A stretch of DNA of 64,000 bases from Octopus sinensis. Taxonomy: Eukaryota. Below, one piece after another: positions 10,981-25,239 of the stretch. Under the pieces are notes generated by a model, which ran no database searches, was not told the origin of the DNA, and worked only from the letters and a program-made list of their open reading frames with translations. Where the stretch lies: NCBI RefSeq assembly GCF_006345805.1, contig NC_043003.1, positions 62,372,001 through 62,436,000 on the forward strand, in the 5' to 3' direction. Both the position numbers and the translations under genes were made by a program. How positions within the stretch are numbered: position 1 is the first letter of the stretch; the number at the start of each line of letters is the position of its first letter.

Positions 10981-13900
10981 GATTCCTACTTTAAGAATAA
11001 TTAAATGAAATCGTGCCAAAAGCTTTACACAATATCAAAGTTCTATACCTATTTAAAACACTTTTGAAAGGGTAAAACTGGCAAAATATTTAATTTCTAA
11101 CTGTTTTGGCCTCTTCAAGATCCAGGTTTTGACGTTACATTGCTGCTTAATTTTCAAACAATCTAATAAGATATTTTTCAGACATTTACCTCCTTTATCA
11201 AAATTTATAGGTGTACAAAACTTTGAACTCATGTTGAAGTAGATAATTATGGATAAACCCCTACATTTATATTAAATTATGGGCAGTTTAATGTAATTTC
11301 AATACATAAATGTTGTGCATTGATTTGTGATATTCGTATGTCTATGCCAAATGAATTGCATGCTGGAAAATGATTTATAAGTTGATATAAATCACACATC
11401 TTACATAATTACAAAATAGATCCTTCCCAGGTACTGTTCAGTATAAAATTATATAAAATTATCAACATTTCTTACATTATCAATAAAGAAAGAAACCCGA
11501 TTTAAACATAAAATCCATAAAAAGTGATAATTAAAAATTATTTTACAAGTTCTAAGGCAAGCATACTCTAACATGACAACCTTGAAAATTCTTAGATATG
11601 TACACACTTCACTGTGATATTTATAAAGCTTTCCATTGGCTGGTGTTTTGTTTGAGTAACACCTACAACAAAAGTGTATATTAACTCTTTTGGTCAAGCT
11701 ACTGCATACTACATGGTCTCTGTCCATTGCGCCATCTAAGAGAAGATGGGTCCTTTATTCTTTCTAAAGGATGTCTTTATCATGGCTATCCTGAAATCTC
11801 TGAGATCTTGTGCTCATGTGGTCAAATAACAAGAAAACTTTGACTCATTCAATGCTGAAGGTTGTTAAAACATTGGGCTCTCAAAGTTTCTTCCTTGTAG
11901 TAATATTTCTGACAGGAATGAATGTCCTTCAAACTCATAAACTTTAATAATCACTTAGTCTATTATATTTTAATAATCTTCATAAACAAAATAACAAACA
12001 TGCTTATTTACACTCATAGAAAGTCAAACAAACAATAATAAAAAAAAGAAGCTGCTTCACCTCTATAACATTTGTGTATGGTATAAGACATTAATAAAAA
12101 TGCAATAAGGCTGTGTTGCTTCTGTTTGTTCAGGGAAATACATTCTGATGCTATATGTGGCACCTAATCATGTAAGAGTTAATTAGAAAAAGGTCTTTTC
12201 TTAACATCGTAGTCTCTGTTTGATTTTGTTTTCTTTGTTTTTTTTTATAATTCAGTGAGAGAATGAAGGGCAGTGCCTAATGACTCAACCTGATTAACAT
12301 AAGATTTATTGTGTCACAAAGCTTTAACTACCACACACAGCAGATTGTAATTATTTTACTATGTGGTATTTTAAGCTGATTTCATTGCAAAACCCTTTGT
12401 GTGCTAAATTTTACAATAATGGACATAATTTTCATTCCTACCAATGGCTTGACTTGAAATGCATGCATCATTGGAAACTGTAATTGAATTACCAGTTTCA
12501 TCAATTTTTTTTTTATGACAAAGTGGTCTCTGCTAAAATCACCTAAAGACAAAGTGATGGTAGTGTTAAAGCAGGAGACAAATATGTCTGCAGCCAACAT
12601 CTTTCCTCATTGTAATAGTGAATCTTTCAAGCATAGTACAATATTTCACAAATAAAAGAAAATGACAAAGACACCATTGCACATTGTAGTTGTAGCTTGG
12701 TTTCTATGGGCGGATGTCCTTCCTAATAACAATCACTTTACAGAGTGTATTGAATACATCTTATAGTGGAACCAAAGGCAAAAAACTATCAGGCTTTTGA
12801 AATGACCAGAGAGTTGAAAGACCTTCTAATCTTATCAAAATCATAGTGTCTTCCTTCTCTCATGGCAGCATGACCAAGATAGAATAAATAGTAGGATCCT
12901 TTAGCTGATGAAAACTTTAAATTTTATTCCTTTCTAAAATGACTAAATAAGAATTGAATGATTAATGTATGTTTAACTGTTATGTGTGAAATAAAAATAC
13001 CAAAATACTGAATAAAATGTGAATGGTCAGTGAAATATTTCTCTGTTTTTTGTTGTTTTGAAACTTAGATATATTGTCCAGGAAATAGCTTTTAGAATAA
13101 ATTATTCTGACTTGAGATACTCTACTGCTGATCAATAAGAAGAACATTCTATTTATAATAAAAGTACTATATTATTTTACTTTTCAATATTAGTGTTACA
13201 AATAGCTTACACAGGTAAATCTGAACAAACTCTTTTAGTACTTCCCATAAATTTATCACAGTTAAATTTTGGAAATGAAATTTTATTGTAGATCTAAATA
13301 ATGGTTTATTATGTTATATCATTACAAGTATGTGTATTTAATGGTTCAAAGTTAATTGACAGAATTCTTTGATAATGGTCAATATAAATCTTATAGACAG
13401 ACAAAAGTACAAGATTAAAAGATTCCAATAGACTTTTGAAGTTTGCTTTCTTCTATATATAATTCTCTTGTATTAAGCACCTATCTATTATTCTCAGATA
13501 TTTACTATCATTGATTTATGGTATTGATATTTTTCAATGAATATTTTGAGTATTTCTTTAGCTATGTATCTTCTTTGTCTAAATCTTTTTTAAGGCTGTA
13601 AAACCTTTTTAATCTGTTTGACAGAGTGGGATAATGTATTATATATTTTTAATAGTTATGATAAACCATTTATCTGTTTTCAAGTTATTTGTAGTATACA
13701 GAATTAAAAAAAAACATGCAGAAATTTCTTCAGATTACAAATAATAAACTATATTATCATATGTTTACTAATTATTTTTCAGTTCCTTGCATAATACTAG
13801 AAAAATGAAATTTAAATTACTTTTCCACTACTGTAGTATTTTGCATCTTTTTTTTTATTAATAAATAATCTTTTAGATTTTTCATATCAGACCATTGATT

Positions 13901-14280
13901 CAAGTTTAAAATTGGAAATAACTTCTTACTATAAATTGTCTTTTCTATCAAAACATAAATGCAAACAGCATTTAATTTTTAGTGAAAGAAAAAGTCAAAT
14001 TTCAAAATAACTTATAATTTGTTTGAATGCTAGTATGAAAAAAGAAATGTTAACATTCTTTTTTTAAATTATATCTATTTTTATCTCTTCAGGAATAGAT
14101 ATAATGTATTTCTATGTACATTTCTTCTCTGTGTGTGTGTGTGTCTGTGTCTCTGTGTGCCTCTGTGTATGCTTGTATATGTAATATTTCTTAATATATT
14201 TCTAACATTCAAGAAACATTTCTTCATGCTTGTAATAGCTTTAATAAAAGGATTTATTATTTTATGATAATAATAATAAT

Positions 14281-14313
<33 letters not shown>

Positions 14314-14659
14314 AGTAAGAAGAAGATGAAGTAAAAGAATATAAAGTTCTTGTTTGTACACCCTTCAGAAGAAATTGTTTATATTAGATGTGAGTTCTCT
14401 TTTCATTTTTTCATCCAACCAGAGCAACAACATCACTTTCTAATTCTTTCTCACTTTCTGATGTATAACAAGATCTTCTTTCCCTCCACACATTCTGGAA
14501 CTTTTCTATGAATTCTCTTATTGACAAGTGTTGCTAATGCAGATTATCACCTCAGTTCTTGGGTTTTCCATCTTTTCTCCTTTTAATCATTGCTCTTTGC
14601 ATGTAAGGATTATAATTCAATTAATTGAAAGTTTGAAATAATGGAGGTTAATACGATGC

Positions 14660-14693
<34 letters not shown>

Positions 14694-14889
14694 TGAAGAA
14701 CTGTGCATATGGTTTGTTTAAAATTTAGGGGAATGTTCAGTGTATAAGTAATGAAAAAAATAGCAAAATATATCCCGTAAACTTTGAATGTAAAAGCATT
14801 ATTACAATGGTGGCAAGAAATCATCATCCAATATCATCAAGGGCTGTTGACATCTTGAATAATGAAGAGTCTGGATTAATGATAGTCTG

Positions 14890-15030
14890 CAAGGAACCAG
14901 GCTGCAGTAGACTCATCTATTTTGCACCTAAATGAACTGGAGTAACATGAACTGAAGTGCTTTACTCAAGGGCACATTGTCACCTAGTTTAAGAATCGAA
15001 CCCATGGACTAATAACTGTAAGTCCAACAC
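14890..15030 (-). mobile_element. CORE-type SINE head fragment
   Basis: gaactggagtaacatgaactgaagtgctttactcaagggcaca...gaatcgaaccc is the reverse complement of the CORE/B-box region. Confidence 0.6.
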
Positions 15031-15198
15031 GGTTATGTGCCTTCCCAGCAGTAAAAATAGAAGCCTGAAAATGCTCCTGGATTGAGGAGCTTTCAGTTAA
15101 ACAGAGAGCGTTTGTGGAATGTGTTCTAAAATGTAAAGGATCAAAAGCAGGTAGCAAGGAATGTTCATGAGATCATTATTCCAAAATACCGCTTGACT

Positions 15199-15396
15199 GG
15201 CCCTCGTGCCGGTGGCACGTAAAAGCACCTGCTACACTCTCAGAGTGGTTGGCGTTAGGAAGGGCATCCAGCTGTAAAAACCCTGCCAGATCAGATTGGA
15301 GTCTGGTGCAGTCATCTGGTTCGCCAGACCTCAGTCAAATCGTCCAACTCATGCTAGCATGGAAAGCGGACGTTAAACGATGGTGATGATGATGAA
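15199..15396 (+). mobile_element. RTE LINE 3' tail, young
   Basis: gccctcgtgccggtggcacgtaaaagcacc...catgctagcatggaaagcggacgttaaacgatggtgatgatgatga. Matches the reverse complement of 43802-44000. Confidence 0.88.
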
Positions 15397-16639
15397 GATA
15401 TGCATTTTGTGGATATTGAATTTTTTTTTTTTAGAATTTATTGCAGCAAAAATAGTTTTGTTTCAAGTTTGATGTTTATAACCAAAGTGGAGGCCTATTA
15501 GTGTAATTTAGCAACATTGTATCTAATGTTTTAACAAGTATCAGATACAATGTCTGGCGGTATTTATTCTAACTCACTGCATTCTAACTTGAGAGTATTA
15601 GAGTTGAAGTGGACGTTTCAACAATTTGTAAAAAGTTTCATTTATTGTATACTGTTCATTTTATATGTCAGAGATTTTAATTTACTTTATTTCTTAAATT
15701 ATAGAAATATTTTTTAAGAACTAATTTTCAAGGTTTCTTTACGAATTCATTTAAAATTTTATTCAAATTTTTATTTTAGTTCTGACATTAAGTGTTGTTC
15801 TAAGATAAGTCTGTATTGAAACTTAGAGATATGAAACTGCAGTAAGAAAATTAATGCATTATGCTCTAGTTGCTATCCATTGGTCTATGATGTTTCTGCA
15901 TCATTACAGACTTTGTTTTATCTTTGTTGCTTCCTCTTACAAAAACTATGTAAACCAAGGGGAAATGAGAAGAAAAAAAAGAAAACTTACTTGTATTTTC
16001 TAAAACAAATTTTCATGTTTTTATAAGTGATCAGTATGACTTCGTTTTTAAAATTAGGGCTGAAACATAAACGTAGAAAACTGAATATTCTGTTTGAAGA
16101 TGAGGTTTATATAAATCAGGACTCAAGGGGTTAAGTATAGACAAATTACTTGCCCCTAGTGTTAAAGCAAACACTGTGGAAATGACATTACTAATGGTTG
16201 ATGAACAAAGTACATGAGTGCCATACAGAGTTATTTTTATTAAACTAAGTTGTACAAAATAATATAAACCATGTTTAAGAGAGTGGTCATAATATGGAAG
16301 AAAGAAAGTTGCTGGTCCTTTTTTACTGAGATGCTGTATGCATTGAGCTAGGTTGATTCTACACTAGTTGCTTTTTTTTTGATATTCGGATTGCCTTTAT
16401 TGACTGGTATAGTAACCTCATCAAACACTTTCTATAAGGTAAAAGGAAATATTCAAAAGAGGGAAAAATTCAAATTCCTCAAGTTAATCCCTAAACTTTA
16501 GATCCATTAGTCATGATTTATTTTGCATTGAAAAATCTAATGAAGAATTTTTGTAAAATTTTCATCTGGGAGGAATAGTCAGAGAATAAGCTACAGTTCT
16601 ATATGGCAAAGATCAAATTAGGAGATAATAATACATAGC

Positions 16640-17100
16640 ACAAAATTGCAGTTGTTCAATTCATGGAAAGATACTTGAGAAGAATTCAATGCATATTCAC
16701 CATAATAAGAAAAAGTGCTCAAGAGAGGGAGCCATAATGTTTAACACTCCAAATGTGTAAGAGTAATTAGCAGGCAGGACAGCCATAATATAAACACATA
16801 GACTGGTTAGATTGGCTCATTGGAAACTGTAAAAGAGAAATAACCTGATCAAGTACTTAGGGGATTTAAGTACAAGTAGGATGGAAAATTTCAAGGAGCT
16901 GAGGGTTGTTGATAATAAAGATTTTCTCAGACTGTATGGGCATGATTAAGGAGTGTGAGGCTGTAAATTAGTAAAATATAAATAGAACACCTGGATTAGC
17001 AAAATAGAAATAAATGATGGTGCTTGTAATTTTGGGTATTATTTTACAAGAAAAGCTGAGCATAACTAAATTGAGAAAGTAGTTTGGTGTCAATAATATT
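16640..17100 (-). mobile_element. decayed CR1-type LINE 3' fragment
   Basis: Minus strand shows eroded similarity to the RP.MEYCSHIW region and to 28150-28700. Weak. Confidence 0.3.
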
Positions 17101-18404
17101 GGTTGATTAGTGTTAGAGGAGCATATACTGGATTATGTAATGCAAATGGAGGAGACATGCTGAGTAAAAATTGGTGAACAATAGTGCCAAAGTCAGTAGT
17201 GATAATAGTGATGTCATTGATGACAACAGTGATAAGGTAAATTCTAATAATGTTGGTAATAATAACATGATGATAACAGTAGTGATGATGGCATTAATAT
17301 CATACACTCTATGGATTTCTTCATTTATAGAACAGTAACTATAAAATACACAAGCATATTTGCAAGATAAGTTAATGGATTTTTTAATGATTTAAAAAAT
17401 TTTATTTTGTCTTTTTGTTCATACTTTCCTTGTTGAAAATACTAACAAAATTCTAATTATGAAATTTATTAGAATCTGTCTACTAGTTCGGAAATCAATA
17501 ATCAAAATTTCAAAATTCTTTTTGCTTTAGCTTGTTATATAAATTAATTTATGAATACAAGATAACAGAAATATATTCTCATCTAACATTGTCTTGAAAT
17601 TAAAATATTTTATTATAAATGTAGAAAGGTTCTAATTGCATTAAGTGTTTTGTTGATCACATGCTTTAAGCTTATGGTCTTTTGAACATTGAGAGAAATG
17701 AAATCAACTATATACAAAAACAAATCAACTGTAATGACAAACGTCTAAAAGCTATAATGATATATTTTTGCTTATATTTATCAAATGTCAAAAACTTCAG
17801 ATTGATTAAAATGTAATGTGTTAAATGGCTTCACCACTTCTCTGGAAGATGAATATTTGATTAGCATTGCTTTTGTGTTCTTATATACACTGAGATTTAT
17901 TTATCAAAAGTTGTTATGATTACATTTTCATAAATGTAACTAATAACATCTAAAAATAAATGGATTTCATTTATTAAATTGAACCACATTTCTTTTATCT
18001 CCACCACAATTATGACAATCTTCATGTTAGCCTAATTGCTTCTTGCAGCTGATAAACACGATGAACTTATTACGTTCCACTTTGTGAACTATATGCTTCA
18101 CAAATGCTACTATAATATTTATGAATATTTATGCTTGCTCTTTTTCTGAAGAAGGTATACAATTATGCTAGCAGTGCTTAGATTTCTTTTGCATTTAAAT
18201 AAGAGGACTGTTTTTATTTTACCAATAGGTCATAAGTCTTTCACAATAATAAATAATTTATTTTAGTCTTCTCAGACTTCACTACTTGAAAGCTTCATTC
18301 CTATAAAACTATTCATCATTGTAATAATTCATGGGATGCATGCAGAACAGTGAGAATCCAAATAGTAATGTATCTAATCATCCTTACTACACTCTAGGAG
18401 ATAT

Positions 18405-18700
18405 CACTTAGCGTCCGTTTTCTATGCTGGCATGGGTTAGACAGTTTAGCTGGAACTGGTAAGCTGGAGAGCTACACCAGTCTCTTTTGGTTTGGTTTCT
18501 ACAGCTAGATGCCCTTCCTAATGCCAAACACTCCATAGAGTGTAGTGGGTATCTTTTACATGTCACTGGCTTGTGTACATTTCATGTATCATTGACACAA
18601 GTGCCTTTTATGTGTCACTGGCATAGGTGCCTTTTACAAGGCACTGGCCACAACTATGATTTCACTTGGTTTGACATGTCTTCTCAAGTACAACAAATAT
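18405..18700 (-). mobile_element. RTE LINE 3' tail (older)
   Basis: ttagcgtccgttttctatgctgggcatgggttagac...gatgcccttcctaatgcc, with repeated gtgccttttta subunits. Confidence 0.7.
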
Positions 18701-19379
18701 CTGAATACTATTGTCATCTGAATACTTTGTCATCAGAGAACACCTCCTCCCTCCCCTTGGACAATGTGTGTTCATAACACACATGAGCTACCAGTGTAAG
18801 GGGACTCTGAAACACTGCAGGATTTCAAACATACTGTATGTCTCCCCAGTGAAAGCTACCCTGTCAGACTGATCACTCTCACAAGAGCACAAGCTGTTGT
18901 TTATAGAAAACAGCAAACAAATTATTTGCTGATGCATGACAATGTCTGCAAAACAGATAATGATACATCTGGTGCATGCAGAACAGTGGAATCCAAACAA
19001 ATCTGGTAGATTTGAATGTGAATATTTGTTCACTGTTGCTTTTGTCATCAAAGAGTACCCCTACCTTTCAGATGGTGTATGTCACAACAGGTTTGTGGGT
19101 CACTGTGGCATTTCGACCTTTTTGTGTGTCTCTTCACTGAAAGCTACCCTGTTTATTGTTTTTTGCCAATAACTATTTCATAATATAAGCAACAACACTG
19201 CTACCAACACCACCACTATCACCATCACTGCCATCACCACCACTACCTTCATGGATACCACCATCATTATCACCATTTCTACTTTCCATGTTCACCTTCA
19301 ATAATCCAGATCCCTTAGCTGATGTAGCCTGTTATTGGGGTGCCACTCTAAATGCTTTCATAGTCAGCCATTGCCACTG

Positions 19380-19780
19380 GTTTCTGTTCTATGATATAGG
19401 TGACAGATTTGCAGTGTTGTGACTTGTCCAGTTCTTGATCTAGTGAAACCAGAATTTTCTCTCTTTTGTCCCCACCTCACTTGTGCTCTGAAGAATGATT
19501 TTAGACAAGGAATTGTGGAAGGATATATGACCATACCAGGCAAGCTTTTGTCTTCTTACCTGGTCAGGAGTGGTATCTGCCAGTGTATTTGTTGACCTGC
19601 TGTCTGATAAAGTTGCTCATTCGGTGCTTTGTATACAGGTTGTGTAACAGCCTTCTGAAGTATATGTGTTCAAATACCTGGATCCTTCACTTCATGTCAG
19701 TTGTATAAGTCCAGCTCTCACATCCATACAGACAAGTGGACATTCTCATTCTTGTAGTTCTATATTTATTCAAGGCAGCA
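19380..19780 (-). mobile_element. RTE-group LINE ORF 3' fragment
   Basis: Minus-strand LYGCESWTYTTDMK*RIQVFEHIYFRRLL...KAWYGHI...LSKIILQ matches the C-terminal RT-thumb motifs LLYGxESWT...AFE...WFGH...ILQG. Confidence 0.65.
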
Positions 19781-20489
19781 TGATCGAGATGGAGTGAATG
19801 AAAAGGTGAAAAGAAGTACAGTGACAGAGGGACGAGTGTGAGTGGGTGAAAGGAGTGAGAGATAATGGGTAAAAACAAGATGATTGGAGTGTGAGAGTAG
19901 TAGAGTGTAGAGTTACAGAAGAATGACTGTGTTTGGTCAGGTAATGAAAAAGAGACAATAATGGTAACTGAATGTTTGTTGATGTCAAAGAGAGGTCATG
20001 TTATAAATTGTAACAGAAGTAGGTGACAGAAAGAATATCAATAACAAATGTCCTGGGGGAGAGTGAATGATGGCTGGCTGCATATAAAAAGTTATGGTAA
20101 AGTATATCAGCTAATAACAGATCTGATGTTATCCCTTTTACCTATGTGTTGGGAGAGAAAGGTGGAACTGGAGAGAGAGAGAGAGGTGAAGTGAATAGGG
20201 TAGTGGTAGAATACACACAGATTCAATATTGTCCTTCAGTACAGAAGTGGCATGTTGCAGTGAGAAGAAGTATGTGTTAGAAAGATGAGTGGATTGGATA
20301 GATTCAATACCATTCTTAGTTCAGTGGCTGGCATAGTATAGTGAATAGGAGAGAGGGTAGAGGTGACAGGGTGTCAAAAAGGCAAGGATCAGCAGACAGA
20401 GGCTTAACAGGGATATATTTTGGAAGAGACACAAATATAGGCATGCATGCATGCATACATACATATATATGTGTGTGTATATATATATA

Positions 20490-20820
20490 GACCCCCTTTG
20501 GTCATGAATGACTATGGTATTGCACCTAGAAAGTTACCCTCCGAGGCACAAGTCTGGGCAAGGTTGCTTGTGGAAGGCCAGCAGTTGGCCATGCATACCA
20601 GCCTCCCTTCTCCACACCACTGATGTTATCCAAGGGAAATGCAAAGGCTGATACAGCTTGGCACCAGTGATGTCACAACTCATTTCTACAGGTGAGTTAA
20701 CTGGAACAACACGAAATAAAGTGTCTTGCTCAAGAACACAACACGCAACCCGGTCCAGGAGTTGAACTTACAACCTCACGATCGTAAGCTCAACACCCTA
20801 ACTACTGAGCCATGCACCTT
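20490..20820 (-). mobile_element. CORE-type SINE family A
   Basis: Full-length inverted homologue of 1082-1388. Confidence 0.85.
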
Positions 20821-20823
20821 CAC

Positions 20824-20861
<38 letters not shown>

Positions 20862-20917
20862 ATATTCACATATATACATATATATGTATATACATACATA
20901 TATATATATATACACAC

Positions 20918-20948
<31 letters not shown>

Positions 20949-20959
20949 ATATATATATA

Positions 20960-22420
20960 TTAGTTGAATTGGCCGGTAACACCCAGAAAAGCAGGGGTTA
21001 TTTTCACTTCCCATTACACTGTTTCATGTCCTATCCCACTTCCTGTTCAGTTCCTGTTTTAGTTCTGCTCCCATTCCTATCCCCAATCCTATGTCAATAT
21101 ATAAATTTTAGAATCAGTGTGGTGTAATTAAGCCATAAATATTTTATTAACCTTTATGATAATAGTTTATTGCTAAAAATAGGTATTACAAACTATTATC
21201 ACGATTAGTGAGAGAATAAGGAATGTCCCTATATTATTTTAACAAACGAATATGCATCTGAGTAAAATAAATGATTTGGTCAGTAATACTAGGAAAGATG
21301 GGGGTTATCCTCAGTTCCTGTTTACCATTACACTGTTCCATGTCCTATCCTGCTTCCTGTTCAGTTCCCATCTTTATGCCCAACTTGTCATTTATGGTAA
21401 TAGTTTATTGCTTAAAATAGGTATTACAAGCTAATAATTTGATTAGTGGGTGAATAAGGAATGTCCCTATATTATTTCAACAAGTGAATATGCATCTGAT
21501 TAAAATAAATTAGATAAATAGATAGATTTACAAATACATTGATAAATAGTCTGTGTATTGTAGCTGGCGTTGTCACTTGTCATAGCTTATTGTAGCTGAT
21601 TTGTAAACATGTGCTACAGCCCCCTCCCTAGGGGGGGGGCCCATTATAGATTTTTATTGATATCCAATTCACCTATAATTCAACTGGATATTAGGAACAA
21701 ATAAATAACAAAATCGGATTTAATGTGGAAAATTATTTCAATATACCAAATTTGAAAATTTTGATGTAATTTTAAAATCTCACCAATATGTGACAGCAAC
21801 AGGGAAGACCCTATAAAAGTAGTGATAGACAGTTATAGGACATGACACACACACACATACACACAGATTTACAAATGTACACACAGGTAATCACAAGTTT
21901 GAAATGGTGTATATTAAACATATGTATGTATGTATATGTGTGTGAGTATTTCTTTGAGATGGACAGCAGAAAAGCCACCTACCCCCTCTCTCCTTAAAGC
22001 TACATATTCCTGACACCCACCTTTCTGTGTGTGTGTGTGTGTGTGTGTGGTATCTATGTATTTACGAAAGTATGTATGCAGCATCGTGTGTATATGACAG
22101 CTATATTAACAATAACATCCCATTGCCACCACTGTTCTTATCTTCTCTGATATAAGTCACCCTCACTCTGCCACTACCTTTCCCTCTGACTAATACTTTT
22201 TGCAACCTTCTCATTTTATCATCTAATTCACTCAACACCCCTGGGAAGGAGGGGCACATTATAGATTTTTATCAAAACTCAATTAGCCTGTTATTGAACT
22301 GGATGTTAGTGTATGCAAAATTTCATGAATGTTGGTTTGCTGTTTTAGACACTATGATGGTAACAGGCACACAGACAGTCAGACAGAAATTGCCATTTAC
22401 ATATTAGATACATGCATACA
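20960..22420 (+). mobile_element. Helitron/Helentron-like non-autonomous element with internal duplications
   Basis: Starts tagttgaattggccggtaacaccc. Ends gcaaaatttcatgaatgttgg...gatggtaacaggcacacagacagtcagacagaaattgccatttacatattagat, resembling Lep1/HINE-type 3' ends. Two internal direct duplications and a C-rich/G-rich hairpin near 21630. Confidence 0.5.
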
Positions 22421-22689
22421 TACCAATCTCCATTTCTACCAAAGTTTTAACAATTATTGTTTTACCATAATATTTCTCCTATACTTCATTACTACTAGTT
22501 GTCTAATCAGTACCATTCCCATATATAACTTTAATAAGATAGACAATGTATATATGAAACAAGCCTTACACACCTCAGTGTTTGATCTAAGTTGATTTTT
22601 GTGATTGCCAAACTGTTGAATTGAATCATTCTATACTAGGTTTTCCATATGAAAGAAACCAAGAATTTTAAACAAAGACTTTTTAATAG

Positions 22690-22890
22690 TGGCACAAAGC
22701 CACACAATTTGTGAGGAACAGTTGAGTGAATTAAATGAAAGTCAGCATTTTATTGCTACTTATTTTGTTGACCCTCTCTACAACCCAGAGAGGATGACGG
22801 GCAAAGTCAGTCACTGAGATTCTAATACTGAACATAGAAGGACATCAATGAATACCAAAAACATTTTGTCCATCGTTCTTCAAATTCTGA
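22690..22890 (-). mobile_element. SINE family C (decayed)
   Basis: tacttattttgttgaccc...gaggatgacgggcaaagtc...gaacatagaaggac is homologous to 52570-52781. Confidence 0.6.
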
Positions 22891-23949
22891 TAATCTACCA
22901 AATAATGGTACTGAATAATCACACACCACTCAGTTTCACCATGGATTTTAAGCTCAGTGTTCTTGCTAACACCAACCACTTTATGGAATGTACTATGTAC
23001 ATTTTTTCATGGCCCTTATGACTAAACAAGTAGTTTTTGTCTTGGCTACAAGGTTCTCTTGTCTGTGTTTTCTCCACTCAATTTGACTATCATTTTATAA
23101 TGTGTCCATGGTGGTGGGGTTTTTTTTATGGCACCAGTGTTAGTGAGGTCACCTTGTTACTCACTCTATAGAGCTCCACAACTGAAAGGAAGAATAGGAA
23201 AAATTGATAACTTTAGGCAAGGTATTGAGTGAAGTTAAAATATGAAAGATAGGAACAGATTTATTGCTGTGATAGGGTTGTATTGAAGTGATTAGCTGAG
23301 GACACTGATGAGAAGTAATGGAAGGAGAAGAGAGGTGTCAGCAGTTAGTGAGTAAGAGAGAGGGACAGGGGTTGTTTCTCATTAACCACTCACATATATT
23401 GGTGAGTGTATGTTTTACACACACACATACACACAATAAATATAAAGGTACAGGATTTGCAAAGTGAGACATATTAAGGATAATGTGAGGTGAAAAAGTA
23501 TTAGATGTGTACAACTAATTTAGAGGAGTGAAAAACCATTAAGGTAGTAGTAGTGGTGGTGGTGGTGGTGGTTGGTGGTTGGTGTAGTAATAGTAGTAAA
23601 AGGAAAACAACACATTTGTGTCAGTGATTTTAGAATGTTGGTGTGTGAGTCTTTGCCAATCAGTCAGATCACCGTTTTTCTTTGAATATGGGTCTAGGTT
23701 TTATATGTGTGTGTGTGTGTGTGTGGTGTGTGTGTGTGTGTAACAGTAATGCTGTCCCAGATATGTGGGGAACAGTGAATTTTACTTAAGCTTTGGAGAA
23801 AGTAATCAACTAATTAGAGTAGAAGTGTTTTTTGAGCTTGAAAGGAAATTTATTCTTTGATGTGCAATTTTCACTTTATTACAGATGTGTGGCCACCATT
23901 GAAGATTGTCAGAGGTTATAAGGCCTAGCATTGTAGAAATCGAAAATTT

Positions 23950-24140
23950 GTTGTTATTGGTTCACCCCAGGTCAATTCCAATTGAGAGACCTTTGATTAA
24001 AGGCATTCAAACTGTGGTCTCCTGTCTTTTAGGAGTATGCAGAAATACAATATCTAATGTGTCAAGTTTGTAGGGTATAATTTGAGAGAGATTTAGCTGA
24101 TATTTTTAGCAAGTTAAGTAGCCCTACAAATGTTTCCTCA
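23950..24140 (+). repeat. unclassified interspersed repeat
   Basis: ttcaccccaggtcaattcc...gatttagctgatatttttagcaag. Homologous to 50085-50275. Confidence 0.55.
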
Positions 24141-24270
24141 TCGATCAAGACTTCTTTTAGCTGTCTAAATTCCCAAGTTGAGAGAGTGATCATTTTCATT
24201 TCTGTGGCTTTTATATGTGTAATGAGGGCTTGATACTGTGGAGGAAATTAGGCTGCCATGTTCTCTTTAA

Positions 24271-24492
24271 CTCTTTTGATACCAACCCGGCTGAAACCGC
24301 CTCTGGCTCTGTAGTACAAATGTCTTGTTTTCATAAGCTTTGAATTAAAATCTTCCACCAAACCTCAGTATCAATTTATTTTCCTAACACTAGCTTAATG
24401 ATTACCTAGTTATTTTACTAAATTCTTAGTTATATTTAAGATTAATTGAAAGAAACACAGAACATCTCAGAAGAAATGCGGTAACGAAAGGG
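24271..24492. mobile_element. piggyBac-like MITE
   Basis: TTAA followed by ctcttttgatacc ... ggtaacgaaaggg (imperfect 13-bp TIR of CCCTTT type). A second copy lies at 58777-58996. Confidence 0.7.
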
Positions 24493-24632
24493 TGTTTCCA
24501 GGGATTATGTTCGTAGAAACTGTGCCAAGTCTGAAACATGATATCTAAGTCATATGAGAATGATGTGAAAGGTTAATGACTGAGTAACATGTAGTGTTAT
24601 ATGTAGAAGAATTTTTGTATGTGTTTAATTAG

Positions 24633-24721
24633 AAGGAACCAGGTCATAAAGTACTGACAAAGTGTATTAAAGACAATAATAAAACCCTGAAACAAGCTTG
24701 GATTTACAAAAGTTGTTTGAA
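24633..24721 (+). CDS. candidate exon of an unidentified host gene (KEPGHKVLTKCIKDNNKTLKQAWIYKSCL)
   Basis: tttaattag acceptor, gtaagt donor, 89 nt, only one open frame (phase 0 in, phase 2 out). No recognised homology. Confidence 0.25.
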
Positions 24722-25239
24722 GTAAGTTCTCTTGACACACATTGCAATGGAGAAGTCTGACTATAAATTTGAACAGGCAACTTTGCTAGGAAGTTATGTC
24801 AGACATCAGATTAGATTTTACCTGTCAAAGCTAATAAAACAGCTCTTACTGAAATTCTCAAGGATCTAAATCACTGGTGCATCATGTTAGAGAACAAATA
24901 TTTGGCAAAACTAAGTCCTCAAAGACTATCTTAGTTTTAGGTGAGAAGAATAAAAGTAGATGATAAAGATGAATCTGGCTGTTTATATCATGGACTATCT
25001 ACAAAAATTTCTTTTAAGGAAGAATCATATATGCAAACAATATCAGTGAGTTTAATATAGCTGAAAGCTAGCCTGAAAGGGATTTAATAAAAAAAACAAA
25101 AACCATAGCTGTCAATGTGTGATTATGACATGGTAGTATGTACCATGCTTTGGCTAATTGTTTTAATTTACTGTATAGCTGTGACCAGACAGAGATATCC
25201 TCTCAGTTCTTTCATCCTTGATAAGCAGAACATTGAGGA

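Noticed and set aside
9264-15999. Minus-strand micro-exon-like units (15991-15999, 13931-13945, 13211-13220, 11405-11433, 9297 downward) that concatenate to an open KIQKRQFIIYLLPGKDLFCNYQVRKKLHKR*
   Set aside because: Similar AG...GTAAG micro-patterns occur on both strands throughout this AT-rich window. A rough by-hand estimate gives several per strand by chance, and the peptide has no recognisable homology.
18790-19180. ORFs of 78-87 aa with a repeated gaaagctaccctgt motif
   Set aside because: Probably a decayed mobile-element fragment, but no diagnostic motif could be recognised, so no call was made.
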